Shown here piece after piece: positions 36,137-46,397 of a DNA stretch of 51,080 nucleotides (within the stretch, counting starts at the first letter, position 1; each line of letters starts with the position of its first letter). The stretch comes from Candidatus Bathyarchaeia archaeon (lineage in GTDB: Archaea; Thermoproteota; Bathyarchaeia; Bathyarchaeales; Bathycorpusculaceae): assembly GCA_049515895.1 (NCBI GenBank), contig JBEKTQ010000022.1, positions 1 to 51,080 of the forward strand, in the 5' to 3' direction. A program made the position numbers and the translations under genes. A model generated the notes under the pieces. That model saw nothing but the letters and a program-made list of their open reading frames with translations. It was not told where the DNA came from and did no database searches.

Positions 36137-37129
36137 CTAAGTTGCCAGCATATCTGCGACTTCAAGCAATCTCAAATCTATTGGCTTCCGCCCTTTAGCG
36201 GCTTTCTCTAGCTCAAAACCAACAATCTCTCCTTTCTGTAAACCAACCGCCATGTTGCCTTTTCCTTGGCAGATTAAATCGATTGCTTTCTCCGCAAATA
36301 AACTGGCTAGCAGTCTGCTGCGTGCAGTTGGGCTTCCACCCCGCTGTGCATATCCGAGAATTGACAGTCGCACTTCAGCTTCTGTTTGCTGCTGCATTTC
36401 CGCGGCAAGCTTGGTTGAGTTACCACAACCTTCTGCTGCAACTATGATTCCTGCTCGTTTGCCCTTTTTTGCGTTTTCCTCCATCATCTTGACAATATCA
36501 GCAAGACTCACTGGTTGTTCTGGAATCAAAATGACCTCTGCACCCACCGATATACCCACTTCCAGCGCTAAGAACCCTCTCTTGCGTCCCATCACTTCAA
36601 CGATAAAGACCCTCTCATGCGAAATCGCTGTGTCCCTAATTTTGTCGATGGTGCCGACTGCCGTATTAACTGCAGTGTCAAAGCCGATTGTCTCTTCAGT
36701 TCCGTAAACGTCATTGTCAATTGAGGCAGGAATCCCAACCATCAATGCATCGCTTTTCCTGCTCAATTCCACCGCACCCTTGAATGAGCCATCGCCGCCG
36801 ATCACAACTAGACCGTCGACGTTGTTGATTGATAATGTTTCTGCACCTTTTTCTACACCGCCTTCTTCCTCGAAGCCTGCGCAACGCAAAGTGTGAAGTA
36901 TGGTTCCGCCTAACTGGATAATACCGCCGACGCTTCGGGGCGTCAGCTTTCTGCTCGAGTTCGTTAACAGCCCATCCCAACCCCGCTCGAAACCTATAAC
37001 TTGAAAACCCTTTGAATGTGCAATCCTCGTTACTGCTCGGATAGCAGCATTCATTCCTGGAGCATCGCCGCCTGAAGTCACAACGCCAATTGTCCTGGCC
37101 AAACTCATCAAGTCTCCTTTAGGCACCAC
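36137..37129 (-). CDS. pfkA: ATP-dependent 6-phosphofructokinase (bacterial PfkA type)
   Basis: TSGGDAPGMN, GGT, IGGDGS, SIDND, EVMGR, LGYAQRGG. Confidence 0.95.
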   Translation of the reverse strand: MVPKGDLMSLARTIGVVTSGGDAPGMNAAIRAVTRIAHSKGFQVIGFERGWDGLLTNSSRKLTPRSVGGIIQLGGTILHTLRCAGFEEEGGVEKGAETLSINNVDGLVVIGGDGSFKGAVELSRKSDALMVGIPASIDNDVYGTEETIGFDTAVNTAVGTIDKIRDTAISHERVFIVEVMGRKRGFLALEVGISVGAEVILIPEQPVSLADIVKMMEENAKKGKRAGIIVAAEGCGNSTKLAAEMQQQTEAEVRLSILGYAQRGGSPTARSRLLASLFAEKAIDLICQGKGNMAVGLQKGEIVGFELEKAAKGRKPIDLRLLEVADMLAT

Positions 37130-37253
37130 AGTTCCCTGTAATAAATCACCTAAACATTTCTTTCGTCAAGATTAAAATGTTTAGTATTGCAAATATTGAC
37201 TGGTAGACTCCAAAAAACATAAATTGCTTCGCCATTATCCTTATGGACTTAGT

Positions 37254-37407
37254 CGGGAGGTAGCTCAGCCTGGCAGAGCTCTCGAACCGGCTAACATGCT
37301 TAGCTGATGGAGACGCTGTAGAGGTCTACCCACGGTGGGCTTCATTCAAGCCTGTGCAGGCCACAGATACCGAGCCGTCGCAGGTTCAAATCCTGCTCTC
37401 CCGACCA
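37254..37407 (+). tRNA. tRNA-Tyr (GTA) with two BHB introns (30/31: 37285-37314; 37/38: 37322-37368)
   Basis: C1:G72 and A73; spliced anticodon arm CTCGG-CT-GTA-GA-CCGAG; both junctions fold as bulge-helix-bulge. Confidence 0.93.
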
Positions 37408-37446
37408 AACTCTTTCCATTCCAAGAAGAAAAAACTACTTAAGAAA

Positions 37447-38544
37447 TTAGACTTTGATTTCTTCGCTTAAGCCTGCTTCTGGGTACGGGAATAGGTGAGC
37501 CTTTTCCATGGGGTACGTTATTGTAACGTCTTCACCAACTTCAAACCAATTCTCCGCCAACGAAGGACGATTTATTACGAGGCGGTCACCGTTGTCAAGC
37601 CTAATCTCATAGCGCACCACGGTTCCTTCGAAAGTAACTTTCTCTATTTTCCCAGCCAATCCGCTTTCAGATGCGATTTTTCCGTTTTTCATTTCGCAGG
37701 TTTCAGGTCTAATTGCTAGGACGATTCTTTCGCCATCTTTTATACCTGAATTTTTGGCTTTAACTTTTAAGCCGCCCCGTAACTCGATTTCGCACCATCC
37801 GTCTGTTTGGTCGATGTAGCCTTCGAGAAGGTTAGATTCGCCGATGAAGTGGGCAACGAACAGGCTGTTCGGGTGCATATAAAGCTCTTGGGGTGAGCCA
37901 ATCTGCACAATTTTGCCTTTCTTCATCACGGCTATTCGGTCTGAAATTGACATGGCTTCTGACTGGTCGTGAGTGACATGAATTGCGGTGAGTTTGAGGT
38001 CTTTAGCCATCCGCCTGATTTCATAGCGTATTTCGTTTCTCACCTTGGCGTCCAGTTGCCCGAGAGGTTCATCCAAGAGCAGGGTTTTGGCGCCTGCAGC
38101 TAACGCGCGTGCAACGGCTATTCTTTGCATCATGCCGCCGCTCAATTCACTGGGATAAGCACTTAGGCGTTCGTCAAGTTTGACCAGTTCCAGCACTTCA
38201 TGCCCAATTGTATCAGCTTCTTTTGCATCGTAATTTTTGACTTTTGGTCCATAGAGGACGTTGCCCCATGCGGTCATGTGTGGAAACAGGGCGAAGGTTT
38301 GGAACACAAATCCAATGTCACGGTCTTCAGGAGGATCTTTGTCAACGCGCCTGTCGCCGATGTAGATTTCCCCACTGTCAGGTTCAATGAGCCCAGCGAT
38401 GAGCCGCAGCAACGTGGTTTTTCCGCATCCGCTTGGCCCAAGCAGCGCGAAGTATTCTTGGTCACGTATGGTTAAGCTTATGTTGTCTAAAGCGTAGATT
38501 TTCCCGTATTTTTTTGTAACGTTCACGATTCTGACGTCAGGCAT
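37447..38544 (-). CDS. ABC importer ATP-binding subunit (PotA/FbpC-like, TOBE)
   Basis: GPSGCGKTT, LSGGM, LLLDEP, HVTHDQ, C-terminal TOBE. Confidence 0.95.
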   Translation of the reverse strand: MPDVRIVNVTKKYGKIYALDNISLTIRDQEYFALLGPSGCGKTTLLRLIAGLIEPDSGEIYIGDRRVDKDPPEDRDIGFVFQTFALFPHMTAWGNVLYGPKVKNYDAKEADTIGHEVLELVKLDERLSAYPSELSGGMMQRIAVARALAAGAKTLLLDEPLGQLDAKVRNEIRYEIRRMAKDLKLTAIHVTHDQSEAMSISDRIAVMKKGKIVQIGSPQELYMHPNSLFVAHFIGESNLLEGYIDQTDGWCEIELRGGLKVKAKNSGIKDGERIVLAIRPETCEMKNGKIASESGLAGKIEKVTFEGTVVRYEIRLDNGDRLVINRPSLAENWFEVGEDVTITYPMEKAHLFPYPEAGLSEEIKV

Positions 38545-38594
38545 AAGTTGACTCTCCTATGGAAAACGTTTTGTGGTTTTTAATGGTTTTCATG

Positions 38595-40283
38595 CTAAGT
38601 TTTCCCTTTTCTCGTTATAAGCCTCAAAACAAGCAGTATGATGAAGCTGAAAAGGATCAAAATGCCGCATGCCAAGCCAACGGTGAGTGCGGTGACCCCT
38701 GGAATCGGCGAGGCAACCCCCCGGATTGCGTTAACCCAGTTAACTATGAGGACAGGCGCAGTAACAAGGTTAGTGCTTACAGCCAATGTGGCTCCTGTTT
38801 CACTTACGCTTCGTGCGAAAACGATTATGGCGCCGGATAGAATCGAGTATTTTGCCAGCGGCAAAACGATTGAGCGGAAGACAGTGAAGGGTTTAGCTCC
38901 CAAGGTTTTGGCTGCTTCCTCCATATCAACGCTTATTCGCTCCATGGCCGCCGACATTGACCTGACGAAGTAGGGATATGTAATGGCCAAATGGGCGAAA
39001 ATCAGCAAGAGAAACGCGGGTACACCAGGGACGCCTTGCCAGAAGAATTTCAGTGAAACTCCTAACGCAATCGACGGCACAATTATTGGCACATTAATTA
39101 ATGTGTCAAGGACCGCCGAGGGAGTTTTGCCGAATGTTTGGCGAGAAATCAGTATAGCCATAGGTATGCCCAAGATAATGCCCAGCACCGTGACTATCCC
39201 TGCTAACCCATAGGATAGGACTAGGCTCTGCCAGAAACTTCCCCACACGCTCGCCCCAGTCAACGCTTGAATCACAGGGGTTCCCGAAGCTATCGCCTGG
39301 AAAGCAGGCAACGCCACGAAAAGCGACGGCACCAAAACAACAACCAAGAAAACAAACAAGGCGATGCCGTTACGAGTCCAAGCCGTCTTCTTGTAGCTCA
39401 GCTTCTTTTCTAAAACGGGCAAGCCGTGTCCGAATGGCAACTTTATCTTTGGACTCAAAACTTTAATCAAACCGAAAATAGTCAACGAAACTGAAATGAG
39501 GATTAGGCTTGTGAAAACGGTTGCGCCTTGATAGGTGGCTTGCGGGATTAAGCCTTTTTTGAACTCATTGCTTAAGGTTTGCAGGAAGACGGGACCGTTT
39601 ACAAACGCTCCCGCGACAATGAAGGTTGCGCCCGTCTCTGAAAGTGATCGAGCGAAAGCGAGCAAAAACGCCGCAATCAATGACGGTTTAATGATGGGGA
39701 AAGTAACTGTTCTTGAAGCGGTCAGCGGGGGAGCGCCAAGGGTTCTTGAGGCCCGCTCGTACTCCATCTTGTAATCCAGCAGCGAACCTACGATGACACG
39801 GACTACAACTGGGAACGAAAACGTAAAATGGAGCAGCATTACAAGGAGCCAGCCGGGAGAAATAATCGATGAGCCAAAAAGAGTTGAGATGGGTCCCCCA
39901 CCTGAACTCCAGAAAAGCAAAAGCGAGTAGCCCAAGGCGGCGGTTGGAACAATAAAGGGAATGTCCGCCAAAGTGTCTAGAACGCTTAGCCACCGGGATC
40001 TGCCGCGCGTGATAAGCCAGGAAAGCGGAATCCCTGCCAGCAAGTCTAATGCGGCGACAATTAAGCCTATGATGAATGAGTTCCTAATCGCCGTCCACGC
40101 CGTGTTCATTAGGGCGGGTTGGTTGATGACGTTTTGTACGGTTGGTATTTTAATCAGGATACCGAGGATGGGTGGAATAAGGATCAGCGCAAAAAAAACT
40201 GCAACCGCAGAAATGTAGAGGGAGTACTTTAAGGGTTTTTTAGAGGACCATTTGTTTAGTGTGTTCCACAGTTTGCTAAGCAC
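38595..40283 (-). CDS. ABC importer fused double permease (FbpB/ThiP-like)
   Basis: Two EAA loops (ERASRTLGA, EEAAKTLGA), about 12 TM. Confidence 0.92.
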   Translation of the reverse strand: MLSKLWNTLNKWSSKKPLKYSLYISAVAVFFALILIPPILGILIKIPTVQNVINQPALMNTAWTAIRNSFIIGLIVAALDLLAGIPLSWLITRGRSRWLSVLDTLADIPFIVPTAALGYSLLLFWSSGGGPISTLFGSSIISPGWLLVMLLHFTFSFPVVVRVIVGSLLDYKMEYERASRTLGAPPLTASRTVTFPIIKPSLIAAFLLAFARSLSETGATFIVAGAFVNGPVFLQTLSNEFKKGLIPQATYQGATVFTSLILISVSLTIFGLIKVLSPKIKLPFGHGLPVLEKKLSYKKTAWTRNGIALFVFLVVVLVPSLFVALPAFQAIASGTPVIQALTGASVWGSFWQSLVLSYGLAGIVTVLGIILGIPMAILISRQTFGKTPSAVLDTLINVPIIVPSIALGVSLKFFWQGVPGVPAFLLLIFAHLAITYPYFVRSMSAAMERISVDMEEAAKTLGAKPFTVFRSIVLPLAKYSILSGAIIVFARSVSETGATLAVSTNLVTAPVLIVNWVNAIRGVASPIPGVTALTVGLACGILILFSFIILLVLRLITRKGKT

Positions 40284-40509
40284 AGTCCAGCTCCCAAATT
40301 TTCAACGTCGACTTTGCTCAAAGCGCAAGGTTATGCATTGTTGATATATTAGCTGTTTCCTTAAGCGACCGTTTTAACCATATTTCCATGTTAGAATATA
40401 TATTTTGGCGTTGACACACATAGGCTATAGTGGCTGGCACCCATGGCACCCAAGCGCTACAGTCGACATAGAAGGCTTTATCAAGTTTAACTATTAGAAT
40501 TATAGTTAG

Positions 40510-40740
40510 GTGAATTTTTTGGAAGAGAAACATAGGATAATGAAAAAAAGTTTTGAGACTGAAATGTACGTGGACGGAAAAAAGCTGCCTCTGAACAATT
40601 TTGTGCAGGAAACCATCGGTAATATTATGGCTGGATTTTCAAGATCTCTAAAATGGATGGAAACAGAGCCTGAAACGATTGAAGTAAAAATTAAGCGGTT
40701 GCCAGCCGCCACTGATGTTGATGCTCACGTGTATCCTTGA
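40510..40740 (+). CDS. Small protein resembling the MobB C-terminal domain
   Basis: VDGKKLPLNNFVQE-x-I-xxx-(I/M)-x-G-xxx-SLK. Confidence 0.65.
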   Translation: MNFLEEKHRIMKKSFETEMYVDGKKLPLNNFVQETIGNIMAGFSRSLKWMETEPETIEVKIKRLPAATDVDAHVYP

Positions 40741-40747
40741 TCAGCTG

Positions 40748-41551
40748 TTAGCTGACGACTTTTCTGAATTGATATAGGGTAGCGCTCATGGTGATGATTG
40801 CAACTAGTCCAATTACTCCCCAAGCGGGAAGTATTGTGCTCCATTGATAACCGGTGATCATAAGTGCTCGGGTTGCGGTGACGCAGTAGCTGACAGGGTT
40901 AAACATTGAGACAGTTTGCACCCATGAGGGCAGGAAACTAAGAGGGAACAGCGCTGGACTTAGGAACAGCAGTGGGAAAGTGATGACTCCGCCTATTGCG
41001 AAAACCGTCTCAGAACTCCTCGTTTTCATGCCCAACGCTAAAGAAATTCCTGACCATGCAAGTCCAAAGAAGGCAAGTGTGAAAAAGATGAGCAAAATTC
41101 CGACGACGCCAGTGGTGACGTAAAAGGGCTTGTTTTCTGCAGCACCTAAAGCGTATCCTAAACCGAGAATTATAGCTGTCTGAACAACTACCCTGAACGC
41201 ATCACTACTTAACCTGCCAAGCAGAATCGCGGAACGACTTACTGGCGTCACAAGCATTTTCTGCAAAAATCCCGAGTCAATGTCAGCTACTATCGAGTTT
41301 CCTGACTGCAGAGCGCTGCCAAAAGCGTTTTGCATCACAATTCCCGCAGCCGCAAACTCTAGATAGGCTATTGTGACTCCGTTTACCGTGGGTAGTATTC
41401 CTGGGACCTTAGCAAGGTTGTTTAGTAGTTGCGTGAATAATACGAGGAACAAGATGGGTTGGAAGAGGGAGAAGAAAAGTAGGATGGGTGTTCGAACGAG
41501 TTTCGTGAGGTACCTTATGAATATGTAACGGGTATCAGAAAGTAGGGTCAT
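40748..41551 (-). CDS. ABC-2 type exporter permease
   Basis: LFQP, G-x-LQKMLVTPVSR, LSPALFP, FNPVSY. Confidence 0.93.
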   Translation of the reverse strand: MTLLSDTRYIFIRYLTKLVRTPILLFFSLFQPILFLVLFTQLLNNLAKVPGILPTVNGVTIAYLEFAAAGIVMQNAFGSALQSGNSIVADIDSGFLQKMLVTPVSRSAILLGRLSSDAFRVVVQTAIILGLGYALGAAENKPFYVTTGVVGILLIFFTLAFFGLAWSGISLALGMKTRSSETVFAIGGVITFPLLFLSPALFPLSFLPSWVQTVSMFNPVSYCVTATRALMITGYQWSTILPAWGVIGLVAIITMSATLYQFRKVVS

Positions 41552-41557
41552 TTTCGT

Positions 41558-42556
41558 TCATCTCCTTGCACCGCCCCACATGGGACTTGGGGCCTTGACC
41601 AGTTCCTCGGTACGGATTCTTTTGCCTGTGTGTTTCATGAAAACATCATCCAGAGAGGGCGAAGAAAACGTTACCGACGCAATCCGAATGTCGCTAGCAT
41701 CTAAGGCACGCACGATATCAGCTATCAGCAACCCAGCGTTTTTGGCGTATACTGTGAGGCATTCCTCCGAATCCATTATTTGGTTGACGTCTGTGAGGCT
41801 TTTTATGATTTCTTTGGCTTTAGTACTGTCTCGCTGGCAGTTTTCAAGTGAAATCCTGATAGAGTCGGCGCCGATTTCACGTTTAAGCTCAGGTGGAGAG
41901 CCGCTTGCAACTATTTTTCCTACGTCAATTATTGAAAGTCGTTTGCATAGTCTGTCGGCTTCTTCAAGATACTGGGTGGTTAAGAAAATAGTTATTCCTT
42001 GTTCTTTGTTTAGTTTTTCCAGATAACTCCAAATGGCTGAGCGCGATTGTGGATCTAAACCAGTTGTTGGTTCATCTAGAAATAGGATTTTTGGGTTGTG
42101 GATTAGTGCAGTGGCAAGATCGAGGCGCTTTTTCATGCCGCCTGAGTAGTTTCTAGCACGTCTGTCGGCGGCCGCTTCAAGGCCTACCAAGATGACAAGT
42201 TCGTCAACTCGTTTTTTTATTTCCTCACTATCCATCTGGTGGAAGTGTCCTTGAAGGGTTATGTTTTCTCTTCCGGTTAGGTCACCATCGACGGTTGTTT
42301 CTTGGCTTTGAACCCCTATGATCTTTCGGATGTCAGCTGCCTGCTTTTCGATGTCGTATCCTGCGACTGTGGCGGTGCCAGATGTTTTTCTGAGAAGTGT
42401 TGTTAGAATTTTGATAGTAGTGCTTTTTCCTGCGCCGTTTGGTCCTAGAAAACCGAAGAATTCTCCTTCTTGCACGCTGAACGAGATGTTATCAACGGCT
42501 TTGGTGCCGTCGGAATAAACTTCAACAAGGTTATTAACAGAAATAATGTCTGCCAT
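41558..42556 (-). CDS. ABC exporter ATP-binding subunit (DrrA-like)
   Basis: GPNGAGKST, YSGGM, LDEPTTGLDP, PSLDDVF. Confidence 0.95.
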   Translation of the reverse strand: MADIISVNNLVEVYSDGTKAVDNISFSVQEGEFFGFLGPNGAGKSTTIKILTTLLRKTSGTATVAGYDIEKQAADIRKIIGVQSQETTVDGDLTGRENITLQGHFHQMDSEEIKKRVDELVILVGLEAAADRRARNYSGGMKKRLDLATALIHNPKILFLDEPTTGLDPQSRSAIWSYLEKLNKEQGITIFLTTQYLEEADRLCKRLSIIDVGKIVASGSPPELKREIGADSIRISLENCQRDSTKAKEIIKSLTDVNQIMDSEECLTVYAKNAGLLIADIVRALDASDIRIASVTFSSPSLDDVFMKHTGKRIRTEELVKAPSPMWGGARR

Positions 42557-42890
42557 AAACTATCAATAATCTAGGTTTACACTTGGTAAAATAAACGTTA
42601 TGTTCCCGTTACATAGAAACAACAGCAAGAAAACATTTTTGCAGCGCGTTAGCGCATAGTTGTAGAATTGAACTGCGTTTTCAGCCTCTTTTGTATTCTT
42701 ATTTTTCTTTCACCTTTTCTAAGCAAGTCTTTCGTAAAGATCATCTGCGCCTTAAAAAAATTGTTAATAGTGCCACTTAACTTGACAAACGTATAACTTC
42801 AAACAAGAAGTCCTCTTATTCTTAAACAGATTTGATTTGCATAGCAAAATATTAAAACAAATGTGAACATATTATCGCTCGGTAATCAAA

Positions 42891-43271
42891 ATGGACAACG
42901 AAGACCAAATGTTGGAAGAGTTAAAGAAAATCAGAGCCGCTGTTGAAAAAGGCCCCCCGCCAGCACCTCCAAAGGGCTTATGGAACGAATTCAAAGATTT
43001 CCTGTCATCGTACAAAGTTCTTGGTTTAGCTGTTGCTTTTGTCTTAGGCTTGTATCTTGGCGCTGTTGTTAAGGCAGTTGTCGCAGACTTCATTATTCCG
43101 CTCTTAGGTTTAGCGATTCCAGGCATGGCGAACTTAGCTACATATGCGGTTACTGTTACGAAACAATCGTTTGGCATTGGCGACTTCTTGGTGGCGCTAA
43201 TTACCTTCATCTTTGTGGCACTTATCGTGTTCCTCATAGTGAAGGTGGCCAAAAGATGGAAAATAGACTAA
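42891..43271 (+). CDS. mscL: Large-conductance mechanosensitive channel
   Basis: EFKDFL, LAVAFVLG, V-x-DFI-x-P, GDFL-xxx-ITF. Confidence 0.9.
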   Translation: MDNEDQMLEELKKIRAAVEKGPPPAPPKGLWNEFKDFLSSYKVLGLAVAFVLGLYLGAVVKAVVADFIIPLLGLAIPGMANLATYAVTVTKQSFGIGDFLVALITFIFVALIVFLIVKVAKRWKID

Positions 43272-43471
43272 ATTACGCTCTATTTTCTTTTTTCTTTTTT
43301 TTATTCAATGATTATCGCTATTCCGATTTTCAGTTCCAATCCTTATTTTTGTTCCTGAACCAGTTCACCAAACAAGCACCAACCAACGAAGATTAAGTAA
43401 TGCGTCACGAAGACTTCTAAATAATGGAAAAAGACCAAATTCTACGGCCGAAATTACATAAAAAGCGCTCT

Positions 43472-43900
43472 TTAAGATACTTTGAATAGGATGCGCTTTG
43501 GGATACCCTCGTCCTCCAGTACCAGGTACTTGAGTCCCTCTGTGTCGCCGAGCTGATCTAGCCATTTTAATGCGTCGTGCGCTTTCTGTAATTCCAAAAG
43601 TCGTTCTTGATGGCTCCGTACGACTTCTTCGATGGCTGTTAACTCATGGAATGCATTAGCGTCCAAGACGATATTTAATGAGCCCACTGTTATTTCGCCT
43701 GAATAATCTGTTGGGTTGGTTTTTCTCCCTGCGAGCTTCAATATAACTTCGCGAACTTTTTTTGATTTTTCCGCCAAAGTCCTGATTTCGTCTAATCTGC
43801 GCAGATATTCGCCCAGTAAGCTTTTAGTTTCAGATAAATCCCTGTCTATTTCCCCTGCTATTGCCTGTGCCGATGTATATTCCTTTATTTGGACAACCAG
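43472..43900 (-). CDS. Coiled-coil hypothetical protein (142 aa) with probable CTG start
   Basis: Frame of track ORF 43472-43777 stays open to CTG at 43900; GGAGG 8 nt upstream; in-frame TAA two codons before. Confidence 0.75.
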   Translation of the reverse strand: MVVQIKEYTSAQAIAGEIDRDLSETKSLLGEYLRRLDEIRTLAEKSKKVREVILKLAGRKTNPTDYSGEITVGSLNIVLDANAFHELTAIEEVVRSHQERLLELQKAHDALKWLDQLGDTEGLKYLVLEDEGIPKRILFKVS

Positions 43901-44075
43901 TTGTTATGCCTCCAAAACCGGGCGCACTTCTTTTTGCACTGTCATTTTCTCTATTTTTTGGCTGGTTGCACTTATACGATTTATGAATTTGAAATAATAA
44001 CAAGAAGACTACAAAGTAAACCACAATTGCTTTAATACAAGTAGGCGAATAAGCTTCTTGCCATGCTGATTTGAA

Positions 44076-44498
44076 ATGAGACTCAAGTTAGAAACATTTG
44101 TCTATTACACCGATTTGGGGAGGCGTTTTCGGTTCGCAGTTCTTGACCTAGACCGATCTCTTGATTATCCAGCGAATTTTGTCTGCCTTTTGCCGACAAA
44201 GATCTACAATGAAGGAAAAGTAAACAATGGTTTTTTCAAGATTTTTGGAGATAAAAGTTCAGAGCAAGCCAAGCTATTATTAACTAAAGCTTTGAAAGGT
44301 GAAGATGACCCAGAAGTTAAAGCTGAAATCAAAAGAAGGTTAACGCTGCTTGAGCCTAAACAGGAATGCAAAATCAAATGCAGCGCCTGTGGAAAACTCT
44401 TTCAGCCTCAACATGCTAGAAGATTCAAGAATAATTTTTGTGAAAAATGCAGGAAGAAAAAGTTCAGAAGCGACAGCGACGCCAGCACACCAACTTGA
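44076..44498 (+). CDS. Hypothetical protein with C-terminal zinc ribbon
   Basis: YPANFVCLLP; CSACG ... CEKC. Confidence 0.8.
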   Translation: MRLKLETFVYYTDLGRRFRFAVLDLDRSLDYPANFVCLLPTKIYNEGKVNNGFFKIFGDKSSEQAKLLLTKALKGEDDPEVKAEIKRRLTLLEPKQECKIKCSACGKLFQPQHARRFKNNFCEKCRKKKFRSDSDASTPT

Positions 44499-44735
44499 TA
44501 AGAAAGCTTAGTAACTCAAAGCGAATCCAGTGAAATAGCCTTTTGAAATGGCTAAAGTTGCTAGAAATCTATGTCGTGGACAAATGAGCCGACTCTCAGA
44601 AACTAAATAGAAGGTTAAGCGCGTACAATACTTAACCTCTTCCAGATTCCTATTATTCCGGGAAAAAAAATATTCCTGTCATCGAAACACCCCTTAAGAA
44701 GCAATTGACTCTTAAGTCAACTGGGAAGAGAAGAT

Positions 44736-45308
44736 ATGGCTGAGAACCCTGGCTCGAAAGATAAGGCTTTAGAAGCTTTAGATTTCATAATCAACGTTCT
44801 AAAAGAACATGAACAGAGTTTGGATAAATCGATTGATGAGTTGGCAACTGTAACCGAGCAGATACGCGTTACCACAGACGGACTGAATGGCAAAGTGGAA
44901 GAGATAGAAGAAAAAACAAATAATTTGCAAAAAGAAGTAACAAACCTAATGGGCAAAGTGTTAAACGAACCAAAAAAAGCACTGCCAACAGCGACAACAG
45001 AAGATGTGCCTCAGGCTCAAGCAACACCTGCCTTATCACCCGCAGGAGTTCCAGGTGGACCCTTTGTGATTTTGCGTTGCAAGCATTGGGAGGATTTTCA
45101 AGCCTTAGCAATGCACGTACCTACGTTGTCCTTTAGCTATAAAGAGGATGGGAAGATTCTCCATGCTGATGCGATTAGGGGAAACCAAATAATCACATAC
45201 ATAGGAGCAATTCCTAATTTCTCCAAGATTCTTAAGGCGTGGTTGTCCCGGGAGTTAGACATAACCGAGCATAATATCTTGGAAGGTTTCTTAGACAAGT
45301 CGAAATAG
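44736..45308 (+). CDS. Coiled-coil hypothetical protein
   Basis: ALDFIINVLKEHE, heptad region, Pro/Ala linker, C-terminal domain. Confidence 0.8.
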   Translation: MAENPGSKDKALEALDFIINVLKEHEQSLDKSIDELATVTEQIRVTTDGLNGKVEEIEEKTNNLQKEVTNLMGKVLNEPKKALPTATTEDVPQAQATPALSPAGVPGGPFVILRCKHWEDFQALAMHVPTLSFSYKEDGKILHADAIRGNQIITYIGAIPNFSKILKAWLSRELDITEHNILEGFLDKSK

Positions 45309-45601
45309 CGCTTTTGTAAAAATGTTAGATGTTAAAGGATTTTTTGCAAGACATCAGTCTGTTTTGCTGAAAATTGATTCATTAGGAATATCGATTCGGC
45401 AAAGTTCCTTGAAAAGAGAATCATCGTTTTAGTGACCTGGCTAGATTTCATAAGATTCATGAATTGAGTTGTTAATCTGGAATACCTGATCAAAGTAATC
45501 AAATCAGATTTAGACTTACGGAGTTCAAAACGTAATTCTTGCGGTCACGTGTCTTTCATAACATATATATTGTATAGCAAGATTTAATATAATGACCAAC
45601 G

Positions 45602-46228
45602 GTGAAGCAGTTGGAAAATAGTCAGCAGAACTCAAAAATCGTTTTACATAGCAAAAAGAAAATGATAACGATAGCAGTGGTCGTTCTTATTATAGCACTA
45701 GTAGCCACAGCCAGCGGACTATTGATAACCAGTAAAAACCCAACCAACAACCAAACTACCGATCAAGTTGCCAATCAAAACAACCCTCAATCCTGGATCA
45801 AAATAGGCGCTTACGCCACATACAAAGGCCAAGCCACCATCCTAACAATGACCGTTACCTTTGACGCAAAAATGGAAATAGTCAATCTAAATGAAACTCA
45901 CATTCAAGTCTTAACTGACTTCAACATGTCAACACCCTACGGCGCAACCGAAAACACGACAACCACTTGGGTAAGCAGGGAAAATATGACTTTCCAACCA
46001 AACGGCTTAACGTTGAACAACACTTATAGCACACAAATAACCTTGCCAAACCTTGGAACAAGAAGCTGCACCGTCTACGAATACAATGGCCAGGGCATCA
46101 GCGCGGCCTACTACGTTGACAACAAAATCCAGTGGCCCATTAAAATGGTTATGCGCTCTCCACCAGTAGATGGGCAGTCTTACAGCATGGACATAAACTT
46201 GGTGGACACAAACATACGGGGCCTGTAA
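45602..46228 (+). CDS. Membrane-anchored secreted protein
   Basis: KKK plus TM, Asn/Gln linker, W-x-K-x-GAYATY beta-rich domain ending DTNI. Confidence 0.8.
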   Translation: MKQLENSQQNSKIVLHSKKKMITIAVVVLIIALVATASGLLITSKNPTNNQTTDQVANQNNPQSWIKIGAYATYKGQATILTMTVTFDAKMEIVNLNETHIQVLTDFNMSTPYGATENTTTTWVSRENMTFQPNGLTLNNTYSTQITLPNLGTRSCTVYEYNGQGISAAYYVDNKIQWPIKMVMRSPPVDGQSYSMDINLVDTNIRGL

Positions 46229-46397
46229 CTGCCGCAAAATCACCACAAGTGAAATTGCTTAAAAAAACAGAATAACAATCTAAAACCCAGCTTTCCATAA
46301 AGCCGATTCCTTGACCTGATCGGCTAATGAACCAGATAGCGGAATGAATAGTGGCACCAGCAGATAACACCACTTTCATTATTTCCGACCAAGAACC

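Noticed and set aside
37322-37368. Third, nested intron inside tRNA-Tyr intron 2
   Set aside because: An internal hairpin exists, but the central helix is only 3 bp and there is no proper second bulge
40284-40509. TPP or other riboswitch upstream of the ABC permease
   Set aside because: Conserved CTGAGA and ACCTGA cores are not present
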